A stretch of 64,000 nt of DNA from Azolla caroliniana (Eukaryota; Plantae; Polypodiophyta), in the NCBI GenBank assembly GCA_043228905.1, contig JBHGNT010000012.1:14632001-14696000 (forward strand), written 5' to 3'. Positions 37,801 to 49,600 of the stretch are shown here, in pieces. The notes under the pieces were generated by a model. The model did no database searches. It had not been told where the DNA came from and saw only the letters and a program-made list of their open reading frames with translations. Positions within the stretch are counted from its first letter, which is position 1; every line of letters starts with the position of its first letter. The translations under genes were made by a program, and so were the position numbers.

Positions 37801-39142
37801 TCTTGAAAAATGTTATTCGCCATATGTTGGGAAACTGTTGGTGCATTCGTGAGACCAAATGGCATCACTGTATACTCAAAATGACCATAGTGAGTGCGGA
37901 ATGCGGTCTTCCATTCATCCCCAGGACGGATTCGAACAAGGTTGTAGGCACCTCGAAGATCTAACTTCGTGAAATACTTTGCTCCACTGAGGCGTTCTAG
38001 AAGGCTTGAGATCAATGGTAGAGCATATCGGTTTCTAATAGTCACTTTATTCAAGCCCCGATAATCCACAACCATACGATGCATACCATCTTTCTTCTTA
38101 ATGAAAAAGATGGGTGCACTAGCACCGATTTGGTTTGAAATAATGCCTTGTGCCTCCTTTTATAGTGTTCTTAGGAGTACTCCTGAAGTTTCTAGAATGT
38201 TCCAAAGAACTCTAGAATATACATCAATTTCCTATAATAAAACTTAAATGAAAATAATATCTTTCGTATTACAATACATAGTCTAATGGTAAGAGCTCGA
38301 CCCATGTAACATAAGGTCATGGGTGCGAGTCTTGCCATATCATGACACTATCCCTCCTTTAAAACGACGAGTGTCACGAGTCGTTTTGGATTGAGGACCC
38401 GGTTTGTCTGGTGTTACCGACTAGGAACACGGTCTACGGTCAGTCCTTCGACCAAGACCTCCAAGTGACTGTGTGACAATGAATGGTAGCGTCTGTGCGT
38501 AATACTTAGGGGGATATTCCTCGTAACCTAGCAGCGTGTAAGGGAGACGGCTACAACCGAGGTCCTTTGACAGTGGGTTAGCACACACACCGTTACTTAC
38601 TCCTACGCCCTCAAGTATTACAGACACACAGTAGATTAGCCGTAGCTACACACAGATATCAGAGAAGATAGAACTCTATTACGATACGCCTCTTACATTC
38701 AAAATTACACGTTACCTCTATCAGAGGTTTTTTTCCCTTTATATACGCAGGGTCTTTTAGCCATTCACGCTTCCCGTGTAAACCGTTACATGCGTTACAA
38801 AATTATTCTATTCCATATTACTACGCTCTTGACCGTTGGTTACTATTCTGGCGGACAACACCTGGCATGTCTGTGGGATAGTGCCATGGCACGTCGGACG
38901 CATCCCTTTAATCTTCCTCCAAAATGGCCCTAATGTTTGGTTCTGCTATTGTGTCCACGTCCGAGGACGGCAGAGGGCCCATAGGCGCGTCGTTGTGTGG
39001 TTCCCCTGCCTGGTTTGGAGAGCTTCTCCTAGTTTCGTGGTCGTCTTGTGTGGGTGGGCCGGGTTTTGTGGGCTCTTCTTGGGCGAGGGGGTTTAGGTTT
39101 AACTGTCCGCGGGCTTGCGGTAGGTCGCGGTTTTGGTTCATC

Positions 39143-42100
39143 TGTTACTGACAGGAACTGGTCGTTCCTTATGCGCAACGCTCGGCCACAACCGAGCTTA
39201 GAATGATACACAGAAAACGGGAAATAGAACACGACACAAAGAAGAAGGAAATACACAGGATGTTTACGTGGAAAACCCAAAGAGGGAAAAACCACGGCAG
39301 CCCACAGGCTACAAACTATCACTATGTTGGAATGTACAAAATAGTGAGTTCACGGAGGCAACGACCTCGTGCTCACGATCTTCGCCACAGGCGGCAGTTA
39401 CAATAGAGGCAGCGACCTCTTTCTCTCTCTCTCTCTATACAACGTTACGTACTCTCTCTTCTTCTTGCACCAACAAGAAAATGACAACAACACCTAAAAG
39501 TTTGCCCTAAGTCATATTTATACTAATATGACTTTTTGGCTATTTACAAATATAGCCTCGATGGGCTCTCAGAAACATATTTACGAATATGTCTCTTCCT
39601 CCGGTTCTCACCGGGTCTGCGTCATCCGGCTCTCCGTAGCCGGGTGCTCCTCATCCGGTTCTCACCGGGCCTGCACCATCCGGCTCTCTGTAGCCGGGTA
39701 CTCCTCATCCGGTTCTCACTGGGTCTGCACCATCCGGCTCTCCGTAGCGGGGTACTCCTGATCCGGTTCTCATCGGGTCTGCACCATCCGGCTCTCCGTA
39801 GCCGGGTACTCCTCATCCGGTTCATACCGGGCCTGCACCATCCGGCTCTCCGTAGCCAGGTACTCCTCTTCCGGTTTCGCTTCCCATCCGGAGGGACCTG
39901 TCTCCCAACAAATTCCCCCTTCACTCCGGCATGGGGTGTCTTACCAACCCGATCTTCTTTCGGCATGCGTTCAGCTTATCGGGTGTCAGCACTTTGGTCA
40001 GCATATCTGACCCGTTGTAAGCCGTGTGGATCTTTGTCAGTGCGAACTCCTGGTCATCTACTCTTTCTCGGATCCAGTGATACCTTCGCTGGATATGCTT
40101 CGTCTGGGAATGGTAGGCCGCATTCTTAGCAAGGTGGATGGCACTTTGACTGTCGCAATAGAGTCGGTATTCCTCTTGCCGGATACCGAGCTCTCCGATG
40201 AAGTCCTTCATCCATAATATTTCCTTGCCGGCTTCCACATCCGCCATGTACTCCGCCTCTGTGGTTGACAATGCAACTGTCTTCTGCAGCCTCGACTGCC
40301 ACGAAACAGCTCCCCCTGCATATGTCATTACATACCCGGATGTAGATCGGCTGGTATCCACATCAGCCGACATGTCTGAATCGTTAAATCCGTCAAGTTG
40401 AGGTTTCCCGGAGCCGAATCGGAGACACATGTTTGAAGTGCCCTTCAAATACCAGAGTATCCATTTGACCGCGTTCCAGTGCTCCTTGCTGGGATTGCTC
40501 ATGAACCGGCTCACCACTCCGACTGCGTATCCTATATCTGGTCGGGTACAAACCATTGCGTACATCAAGCTCCCGACGGTAGAGGCATATGGAATCTTCA
40601 TCATATCCGCCTTCTCTGCTTTCGTCTTCGAGCTTTGCTTGCCGGATAGCCTGCAGTTTGCCGGAAGTGTCGATCCGACCGGTTTCACTTCTGACATGTT
40701 GAACCGGTGAAGCACCTTTGTCACATACTTCTCCTGTGACAGCCATAATTGCTTCGCTGACCGGTTCCGGATGATGTGCATCCCCAACATCTGTCTTGCC
40801 GGACCCAAGTCTTTCATTGAGAAGGTCCGGTTGAGAGCCTTCTTTAGCATCCGTATTTTGACTTGGTCACGTCCGACGATCAACATGTCATCCACGTACA
40901 GAAGGAGTATCAGGAAGTCGCCTCCTTCGAACTTCTTCACAAACACGCAGTGATCGGCCTACGTCTTGTGGTACCCTTGATCAGTCATGAAGGAGTCGAA
41001 CTTCCGGTACCATTGTCGGGGAGCCTGCTTCAGTCCGTACAGGCTCTTCTTCAACCGGCATACCAGGTGCTCCTTCCCTTTCTCCACTAATCCTTCCGGT
41101 TGCTGCATGTAGATCTCCTCTTCGAGGTCGCCGTGAAGGAATGTCGTCTTCACGTCCAGCTGCTCTACCTCAAGGTCCATGCTTGCCGCTATACTCAGCA
41201 CCGTCCGGATGGAGGTCATCTTTACTACTGGGGCAAATATCTCGTCGAAGTCCACGCCCTTCTTCTGCTGGAACCCCTTCACCACGATCCTGGCTTTGTA
41301 TCTCGGGGTGTTTCCAACATCTCCCGGTTTCAACTTGTACACCCACTTGTTTTGGAGTGCCCTCTTTCCTTTCGGCAACTCCACCAATTCGTACGTATGG
41401 TTCTCATGCAGGGAATCCATCTCGTCCTGCATGGCACTTAATCATTTTCGGCTATGGGTGTCATCCTTTGCTTCTTTGAAGCTTTCCGGCTCCCCCTCAT
41501 CGGTCAGCAGAACATGCTCTGCATCCGGAAATCTCCGGGGGGGCCTTCTCTCTCTGAGGGGATATCTCCGTCTTTGGGCTTCGGTAGCCGGCTCCTCCAT
41601 TTGCTCTTCATCCGAATCCGATTCGGGGTCTTGGCCGGTTCCGGTCTCAGCTTCCTCTACTTCTTCTTCTGCCGGTTCGGTATCCTCACCGTAACCGGCT
41701 GGTTCCTCGAGTGCTAACCGGTCTCTTGCCGGTTGGGTCTGCTCATCGTAGAGTCTATCCTTACCGGTCGACTCGGAGCTCATTATCTTCTTCTCCGACT
41801 CCCAATCGGCGAGCGTCTTGTTCTCCATGAAGATAATATCTTGACTCAAGAATACCTTCTTGTCGACCAGGTCCCACACTCAGTAGCCAAACTCATCGTC
41901 ACCGTAACCGAGGAATATGCATGGCCGGGTCTTTGGATCTAACTTTCCTCTCCGGTTCTTTGCTACATGCACGTACGCGAGACACCCGAACACCTTCAGA
42001 TGTAGGTAGGACACATCCTTACTGGTCCACACTCTCTGTGGCGTGTCTCCGTCCAAGGGGTACTGAGGGTGATCTGTTTATCACGTATGTCGCCGTCGAC

Positions 42101-43108
42101 AATGCCTCAGCCCAAATCTTCTTGGGTAGTTTTGCATGCGCTAGCATACTCCGGACCCTCTCCATTATGGTCCGGTTCATCCTCTCGGCCAGCCCGTTTA
42201 GTTCCGGCGTCTTCGGCACGGTAAATTCGAGCCGGATTCCCTTCGAGCGGCAGTACTCCTCGAACTGCCCCCGGTACTCTCCTCCGTTATCTGCTCGAAC
42301 CGCCTTCAGCTTCCAGTCGGTTTCTCTTTCCACTCTCGCGTGGAGCTCTTTGAAGACGGATAACACCTGATCCTTTGTCTTCAACGGTGTGGCCCACAGC
42401 TTCCGGCTGTGGTCATCTATGAATGTCACGAAGTACTGCGCTCCGGCATGTGACTTCGTGTCTACTTGACACACATTCGTATGCACCAACTCTAGTGGTG
42501 CATTCCATCTCATCAGTGGCCTTGGTCGGAAGGAGGTCCGGTTCTGCTTACCGGCCAGACAATCAGTGCACTTCTCTAAGTGCACGTTCTTCATTGGAAT
42601 GAGGTTGTCGTCTGCAAGCCTATTCATCCTCTTCTCGCTCATATGACACAGCCTCTAGTGCCACAGCTCACCGGCAGTGTCGGATGCTACGTTCAGTTCT
42701 TCCGGGCATAACCGGGCATTCATCAGGTACAGTGTGTTTACCTTCCGGGCCCGAGCCACAATCAGGCTTCCTTTGCTGAACTTCATGACGCCATTCTGGA
42801 TGCTACCCGTGTAGCCTTCAGCATCTAGCCGACCGGCTGATATCAGGTTCAGACGAACCTCCGGAACATGTCGGACATCCTTCAGCAACAACTTGCATCC
42901 GGTTGGTGTTGACAACCACACGTCTCCTATGCCGACAATTCGGCATGTACCTACATTCCCCATCCGGACACAACCGTGATCACCGGCTGAGTAAGATGAG
43001 AAGCATTTCTGGTCCGGGGTAAGGTGGAACGATGCTCCGGAGTCTACCACCTAGGTCATCTCGTCGCCGGCAAGATTTATCTCACACTCCTCGGTGATGA
43101 GCATCAAC
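39143..43108 (-). mobile_element. Copia-2: Tnt1/Tork-like Copia, 5'-truncated, with one LTR
   Basis: LTR at ~39143-39910 (left edge uncertain), PPT AGGGGGAATT. RH and RT at 39921-41432 (YVDDML, LDVKTTFLHG), INT at 42019-42642, PR VDSGAS at 43050. Confidence 0.9.
39601..39876. repeat. 54-bp tandem repeat x5 in the U3 of the Copia-2 LTR
   Basis: Units start at 39601, 39655, 39709, 39763 and 39817 (CCGGTTCTCACCGGGCCTGCACCATCCGGCTCTCCGTAGCCGGGTACTCCTCAT). Confidence 0.95.
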
Positions 43109-44195
43109 TGTCATGGCAAGACTCGAACCCATGACTTTATGCTACATGGGTCGAGCTCTTACCATTAGATTATGAATTGTATTTTGTAGGATATTATTTT
43201 CATTTATACTTTATCATAGAAAATTGATGTATATTCCAGATCTCTCTGGAACATTCTAGAAGCTTCAGGATTATTCCTAAAAAAACTATAAACGGAGGCA
43301 CAAGGCATTGTTTTGAACCAAATTGGTTCAACGCCAGTCTTAAGCCTCTTAGCCGCTTGTACTTATCTTTTCACATAATATATTAGCTGCTGTCATCATC
43401 TCTCTCTCTCTCATTCTCGCTATCTCTCTCTCTCTCTCCTCTTCTCACTTCCTCTCTCGGGAATCTTACGTAGTCCCGTCCGCTTAGTACTAATAGTACT
43501 ACTGTTCTTAGTACTAATTCCATCTCTGTTTTAGTACTATTCCTGACAGTTTGAACCAATTTTTCCTCCTCTAGCCTACTTGTCACTCTCCCTCATCCTC
43601 CTACCCTTTTCCCTATACTATGGCTACTGTTAGTGCCCAAGAATACCAATCCGTTTTCTCCGAGCTACAGTGCCTAAAAGAAAAGTTTGTTGCCCTGGAA
43701 CAAGAAAACCAACGGCTGATAGGGGATCTGCAACAAATCGCTCTAGAAAAACAACAAACGCAACAACAACATGGGGAGTTAGCGTTACGAGTACAACAAC
43801 TCGAAGCAGCGTTGCAACAACAAGGATCCAGTTCCCAAGGATTTCATAAAGAGCCCAAGATTGGACTTCCTGTGAAATTTGATGGAACGCGTTCGCAATT
43901 CCGGGGATTCCTTAATCAGGTACGCTTAGTCATCCAGATGCATCCTTCCCGGTATCCCACTGATGCATCTCGAGTCGGCCTAATAGGCACGCTACTTAGC
44001 GGCTCAGCCTTGGCATGGTTTGCTCCGCTTCTAGAAAAACAATTGCCCTTACTTAATAACTTTGAAGATTTTATTGGTGAGTTTAAAGCCTGCTTTGGAG
44101 ACACCGACAACATCAGGACGGCGATCAACAAGATCCGGCGATTGCGTCAAGGCGATCGTCCAGCCTCTGCCTACGCGGCGGATTTCCGCCTACTT
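43109..44195 (+). mobile_element. Element E: 5' LTR plus gag N-terminus of a Tcn1-like chromovirus, truncated by deletion
   Basis: LTR at 43109-43548 (TGTCA...TGACA), related to the LTR at 38126-38347. Gag ORF 43620-44201 has EPKIGLPVKFDG, GSALAWF and LRQG. Confidence 0.88.
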
Positions 44196-46607
44196 GCGTG
44201 ATCTGGTGAAACAGATCCTCCCGACTTTCACCAAAATCTTCTAGAAGTTGCGCAAGTTCCTCGGAGTGTTGGTCCGCTAGCAGGCGATAATCCTGTGCTA
44301 GGTCCTCGCGTACCGCCGCAATGCTTTCCTCATTGAGCTTGTAGAACCCGCGGTAGTCTTTGCTTCGGTTCTCCCAGTCTGCCCGATATGTATGCAACTC
44401 TACCACCTGTGCGGCCCACGCCCTCCATCCTTTATCGAGTGCCGCTTTTAATTGCGTCATAAACATCTCTTGATTGGTTTGAAGAAGTATGCGCACGTTG
44501 TCGGTTATTGCTTGGCAATGGTTGCGTGCTTCTTCTATGGTCTTCCTGAGGTTGTCAATTTCCTATTTATTAACCGCCGCCGCTTCCTCATAAGTGCTCC
44601 TCATTCCTGCCCATAGCTGAGATTCCTTCGCATGTAATTCCTCCAGCCTACCCATTTCATTGTTTAGACGGATTTTGAGCTGATGCCTTCTCTCCTGTTC
44701 GCCCACCAACTGCTCGTCGAACCATGCTTTCTTTTTCTCTAATAGGGCCCGAAGTCCTGCGATTGCCGCTTCCAATTTTTTCGCTTCCTCCGATAATTGG
44801 GCGTTTTTTTCTTTCGTCCGAGTGTGCTGTGCTGTCTCTGATGCGAGTTTCTCTTCAAGGGTCCTTATTGCCTTTCGACTGTTGGCCTGGATGTCCTTCT
44901 CCCTGTCTAAGGATTGGCAAAGTTCAGCTCGGAGGCGGTCAATTTCTGATTCCACTAGTTGTACGGCCATTTTTGCTTTTGAGGCAATGGCCATTTCTGA
45001 TTCCACCTCAATCTCTTCCCTCAGGGTTTCGACGACGTTGTTTGGTGCTGGAGCTGCCTATTGCGCCGTAGTCGCGTTATTTTCCAGCTCCGCGATGCGT
45101 TCATTCGCTTTTTGCAGTTCGGCTTGGGTCAATATAACCTTCTTCCACACATTCTTATTTTTAATGACCATCTCCTTGGCGCCCATGCTGACCTTGGCCA
45201 GTTCCCTATGAACTTCGACTAGGGCTGTGTTTAATGGGGGTAGTTCCATCCCCATTCGGCGTATACTGGCGTTCCTCTATTTGCCGACTTTGACTAACTG
45301 GTCCTCATCGTCGCTTCCGTCGTTTGAGTTAATGCACACTCGATTATTTGGCACTCCGTGTGCTCCTCGGCCATTCATTGTGAGACTTTTATTTGTTGCG
45401 TTGCCAAGAATTCCATGAGCTCAAAAAAGGTTCCGAACTGTTATAGTGCACCAAACTCATGGGTCGTGTCCGGGATGTCTAGATACGCCAGGACCTCGCT
45501 TTCCGTCGTCAATACGGCTTTCCCTCGCTGTGATTAGGCCGTAATGATTGGTCGTGGTTCCCGGATTATTTCGAAGGTGGTGCTGGGCTCCGTAGCTGCG
45601 GAGTTGTCACCTACAGTTGTTGTCTTCGCGAGTGCGTCTTTCACTAATCCTCGCCCATCTTTCCTGTCTAGCCTCCTCCTTTTCGGCCTGGGCCTTCCCT
45701 GTCGTGGTTGGGCTTCTGGCTCCGGTGCCGCTTCCTCGGTGCCCGCCGCCTGCTCTTCTTGCGTTGTTCGCGTGTTCGACTGGGCGGGTTGGGGTTCATC
45801 TTCCCACTCTGTGGTGGCTAACTCCGCTAACCTTCGCTTCGCGGATCGCGAAGGCGGCGGTGCCAACAGCCCTCGGGGTGGGAATAGTACCGTCAGATAC
45901 TGTTGTATGATAGGCCTGAGCTTTTTTCCTCCTTGATACACATGCAGGCCTTCCCTTAACGCCTGTCCCGTGATGACCCCCCAATCGACCATACGCCCTT
46001 GAAAGGTATCAATAATAATACTTGCCTTCTGCTTGGGCATCCCATATGCGTTTACTTGAACGCATCCGACCTCTAATAGGAACTTGGCAATTTCGCGAAA
46101 AAAGGGACCTGGGATCTCTTTCGTTCTATATGCCTTGGCGGAGGACAAATATGGACCGAAATATCTCTCCAGCGACTTCGCAGGAGGGATTTCGAAATGC
46201 CTTTCACCTAGTGATGACAGGTCCAACTTTTTCCGGATGGATGAGTTGGTGTCCGTGTCAATGTTGAGCTTTCTGGCGATGTCCAATGCATCCAGGTGTG
46301 GAGGTGCCTCCGCGACCCTGATGTAGCCATCCAGGCGTTTCTCCACGAGCCATCGACGCAAGGTGGTAGAGATAAATATCGGCATAGTCAGAGTAGGCTC
46401 GTGGGGTGAAGATTGTTGGTTGCGGTGGGCTTGAGCTCTGTGATAGGATGGAGAAGGAGGTGAGGAAGGGGAGCGATGAGAGTTAGGAGGTGGATTTCTG
46501 TATTGTGCAGAAAACCTTCTATTTCCTTCTTTTTGTGGCCTAGGGTTCATTGGGCAGTGAGCCATGGTGGTGCCGCATGTTCTTGGTCTAGAAGTTTGTG
46601 CATGCAT
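44196..46607 (-). pseudogene. Extra ORF of element H downstream of integrase (globular region plus long coiled coil), broken by stops
   Basis: ORF pieces 45534-46607, 45058-45255, 44563-45006 and 44125-44496 are in the sense orientation of the element. A probable tail lies at 38908-39141. Confidence 0.65.
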
Positions 46608-49600
46608 TAAGTCCTTTTTTAATAGTGTCGCTATCTTCTCTCTTCTTTTTTTTTCTTTTTTTTTTTCATAACGGTTACATACACGCCTATTTTTACACTA
46701 TGATACAAGTAGGGCCGTCTATTTACTCCGCGGATTCTCCGGCTTTGTCCTGTCCGGCGGGGAATGGGTTAGGTGGCGTAAGTGCCATATAAGGTTTAAG
46801 GTGAAACCCATTCACTTTCTGTTGTAGACTTCCCCGCCCAATGTGCCCAGTTGAAACGTGCCTTGTTCCGCTCCGACTATCCAGTACGGGCCTGTCCAGC
46901 GGAATCGTAACTTTCCTGGCATATGCCCCATGCGGGTTTGGAAAACTAGTACCGCTTTGCCGACCTCGAAATCCTTTTCCTGTGCGTTCCGATGTCGATC
47001 CACAAATGCTTTATGCCGTCGTTGCTCCTGCTCCAACACAGCCATATTGTGTACGCGTTTTTCTCCGAGTTCGAGTAGCTGGTGCAATCGTACTTCCTCC
47101 GACTTGGCTTCAAATAGTCGGTCCCGTACTTGAATTCATAAACTGGGTAGCTAGAATTCTATCAGCATAACGACCTCCAGTCCAAACGCTAGTCGAAACG
47201 GTGTTGACTGTATGCTTGTTTTGTAGCTGGTCCTGTACGCCCATAATGCACTATGTAATTTGGTATCCCAGTTCATTCTATTGTCATTGACAATTTTCTT
47301 TAATATAGTCTGCAATGTCTTGTTGGTGGATTCCGCCAACCCATTCGCCTGTGGGTAATATGGCGTACTCTTCTTGTGGACCACGGCGTAATGTTGTGCT
47401 AGTTCATGAACCACCGTATTGAGAAAGTGGCTCCCCTAATCGTTGATGAGCTCAATCGGACAACCGAACTGACACCATATGTGTTCGTAAAGGAATCTTG
47501 CTGTGACAGCTACTATATTCTCCCGTAGTGCCTTTGCTTCTACCCACTTGGTGCAATAATCCATGGCCACCAATATGTATTTATTACCCGTATGGGCCGC
47601 ACCCGGTGTGAAAGGGTTCACAAAATCCAATCCCCACTTTTGGAAAGGATCTAATGGCAATATAGGCTGGTGAGGCATTCTTGCGCCCTCCGTTGGCTGG
47701 CCCATCCGTTGACACAAATCACACTTTTTGCAATAATCATATGCATCCTTATGTGTAGTTGGCCACCATAGCCCTGCTTGCCATATTTTCCGGGCCTTGA
47801 CATCTCCCGCGTAGTGGCCACCTGCCGTGCCGCAATGAGCCTCCCGTAGGACCGCTTCTTTCTCATCCTGACGTACCCCGCGTCGCCAAATGCCATCACT
47901 GCCTTTGTGATATAAGATTCCTTCTACTAGGTAGAAGTTACGGCTTTGGACGGCTAATCGCTTTTTCTCGTCCGTGCGTAATTACGGTGGAGGCAATTTC
48001 GTAGTAAAAAAGTAAGTCATTTCCATGAGCCATCGGTCCGGGAAAGTCTTTTCCGTTTGCTCTGTTAGTGCTGCTATTCGCAGAATGCCTGCATCCGGAA
48101 AGTCGTTGTCATCCCTTTGCGCCATTTCTCCATTATCGAGTCTGCTCAAAAAATTTGCCATTGCGTATTGCGTACCCGGGCGGTGCTGAATTACAAAATC
48201 AAACTCATGAAGCAACAACATCCATCTTGCCAATTTCCCCGTCAACGCTTCTTTTTCCACCAGATACAGTAGTGCCGAATGATCCACGTAAAACGTGAAT
48301 TTCCGCCCTAGCAGATAATGCCGAAATTTATTGATGTTGTAGATCATCCCCAACACCTCATATTCTGTTGTGGAATAGTTACACTTTGTCGTTGATAATT
48401 TCCGACTAGCGTAGTACACTGGTCGGTACCAATTCGGCTCTGTGAGCTGCATTAGCGCACTTCCTATCGCTATGTCCGAGGCATCCACGAACACGTGGAA
48501 TGGCTTCGCCCAAACTGGTGGTTGTACGACGGGTGCCTGCGTGAGCATTACCTTTAACGCGTCATATGCCTTTTCTTTCGTTGTTGTCGATTGGAAGGGA
48601 ATCTGATGCACAACGACATGTAATAGCGTGGCGAAGTCTGCCAAATATCGTATCGTCCGACTGTGCCATCGTATCATCCGATTGCCAAAGGCTGAGTGTT
48701 TTCGCGTTTGTCGGGGTTTTGGCTTGAGTAATCGCGGATATTTTATTTGGGTTGACTGCTATCCCTTCATTGCTGACTATATGGCCAAGGAGAGCCCCAC
48801 TGGTAACGCCGAAGGCACATTTGGCGGGATTCAGGCTTAAGCGTGCGGTCCGGCAGCGTTCCACGCACAGTTCCAGATGCGTAAAATGGTTGGTTGTTTT
48901 CCCATAAACCGCAAAATCATCTAAAAAAACTTGCATGAAGGCCGGAATATATTCCCCAAAAATCTCTGTGATTGTCCGTTGAAATGTCGTCAGCGCCGTC
49001 TTTAGCCCGAACATCATGACGACTGCCACATAGACTCCCGAGTTCGTGACAAACGCTGTCTTCTCTTGGTCATCGGGGTGCATGCATACCTGGTTGTACC
49101 CACTGAAGCCATCTAACAAACTGTACATGTCGTGCCCTGTGACAACGTCCAGTATGCTATCAGTGAACGATAAAGGGAATGTGTCCGTAATGGTTGCGGC
49201 ATTCAATTTTCGGTTGTCCATGCATACCCGTATTTTGCCATTTTTCTTTGGTACGACTACGATCGGGCTTAACCATGTAGCTTGTTTAACTGGCCATATG
49301 AATCTCGCCTTTAGGAGTTTGTCAATTTCCTCTTTTACGCGGGCCGCGTAGTTTGGGTTCATGCGGTAGCGACGCTGCTAGACTGGTTTCGCGTCAGTTG
49401 ATAAATTAATCTTATGTTGATAGAACTTCGGATCCAATCCTTTCATGTCCTCATGGGCCCAAGAGAACACATCTTTATAGTTTTTGAGGAGTACGATCAT
49501 CGTGTTTCTTTGATTCGGCCTTAATTCTTTTGCAATGGAGAGAAAACGGGGTTCTGACGCCATACCCACGTTTACTTCTTCCAGGGCTGAGGCGGTGACT

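Larger units (their letters stand above)
15202..38125 (-). mobile_element. Element D: decayed Tcn1-like chromovirus, split by Copia-1 and 5'-truncated
   Basis: 3' LTR at ~15202-15740, PPT 15741-15754, chromodomain 15741-16091, integrase 15964-16953, RNase H up to 17708. The sequence resumes after the Copia insertion at 37338 with RT ([11 protein letters not shown]..., YLDDI) up to ~38120. Confidence 0.85.

Noticed and set aside
38861-38920. Alternative boundary for the 3' LTR of element H at 38902, next to the PPT-like GGAGGAAGATTAAAGGGA
   Set aside because: It cannot be resolved because the other LTR ends at the 38860-equivalent position. The shared extent was kept.
39536-40129. Repetitive 18-aa-unit ORFs on both strands
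   Set aside because: A by-product of the 54-bp LTR repeat.
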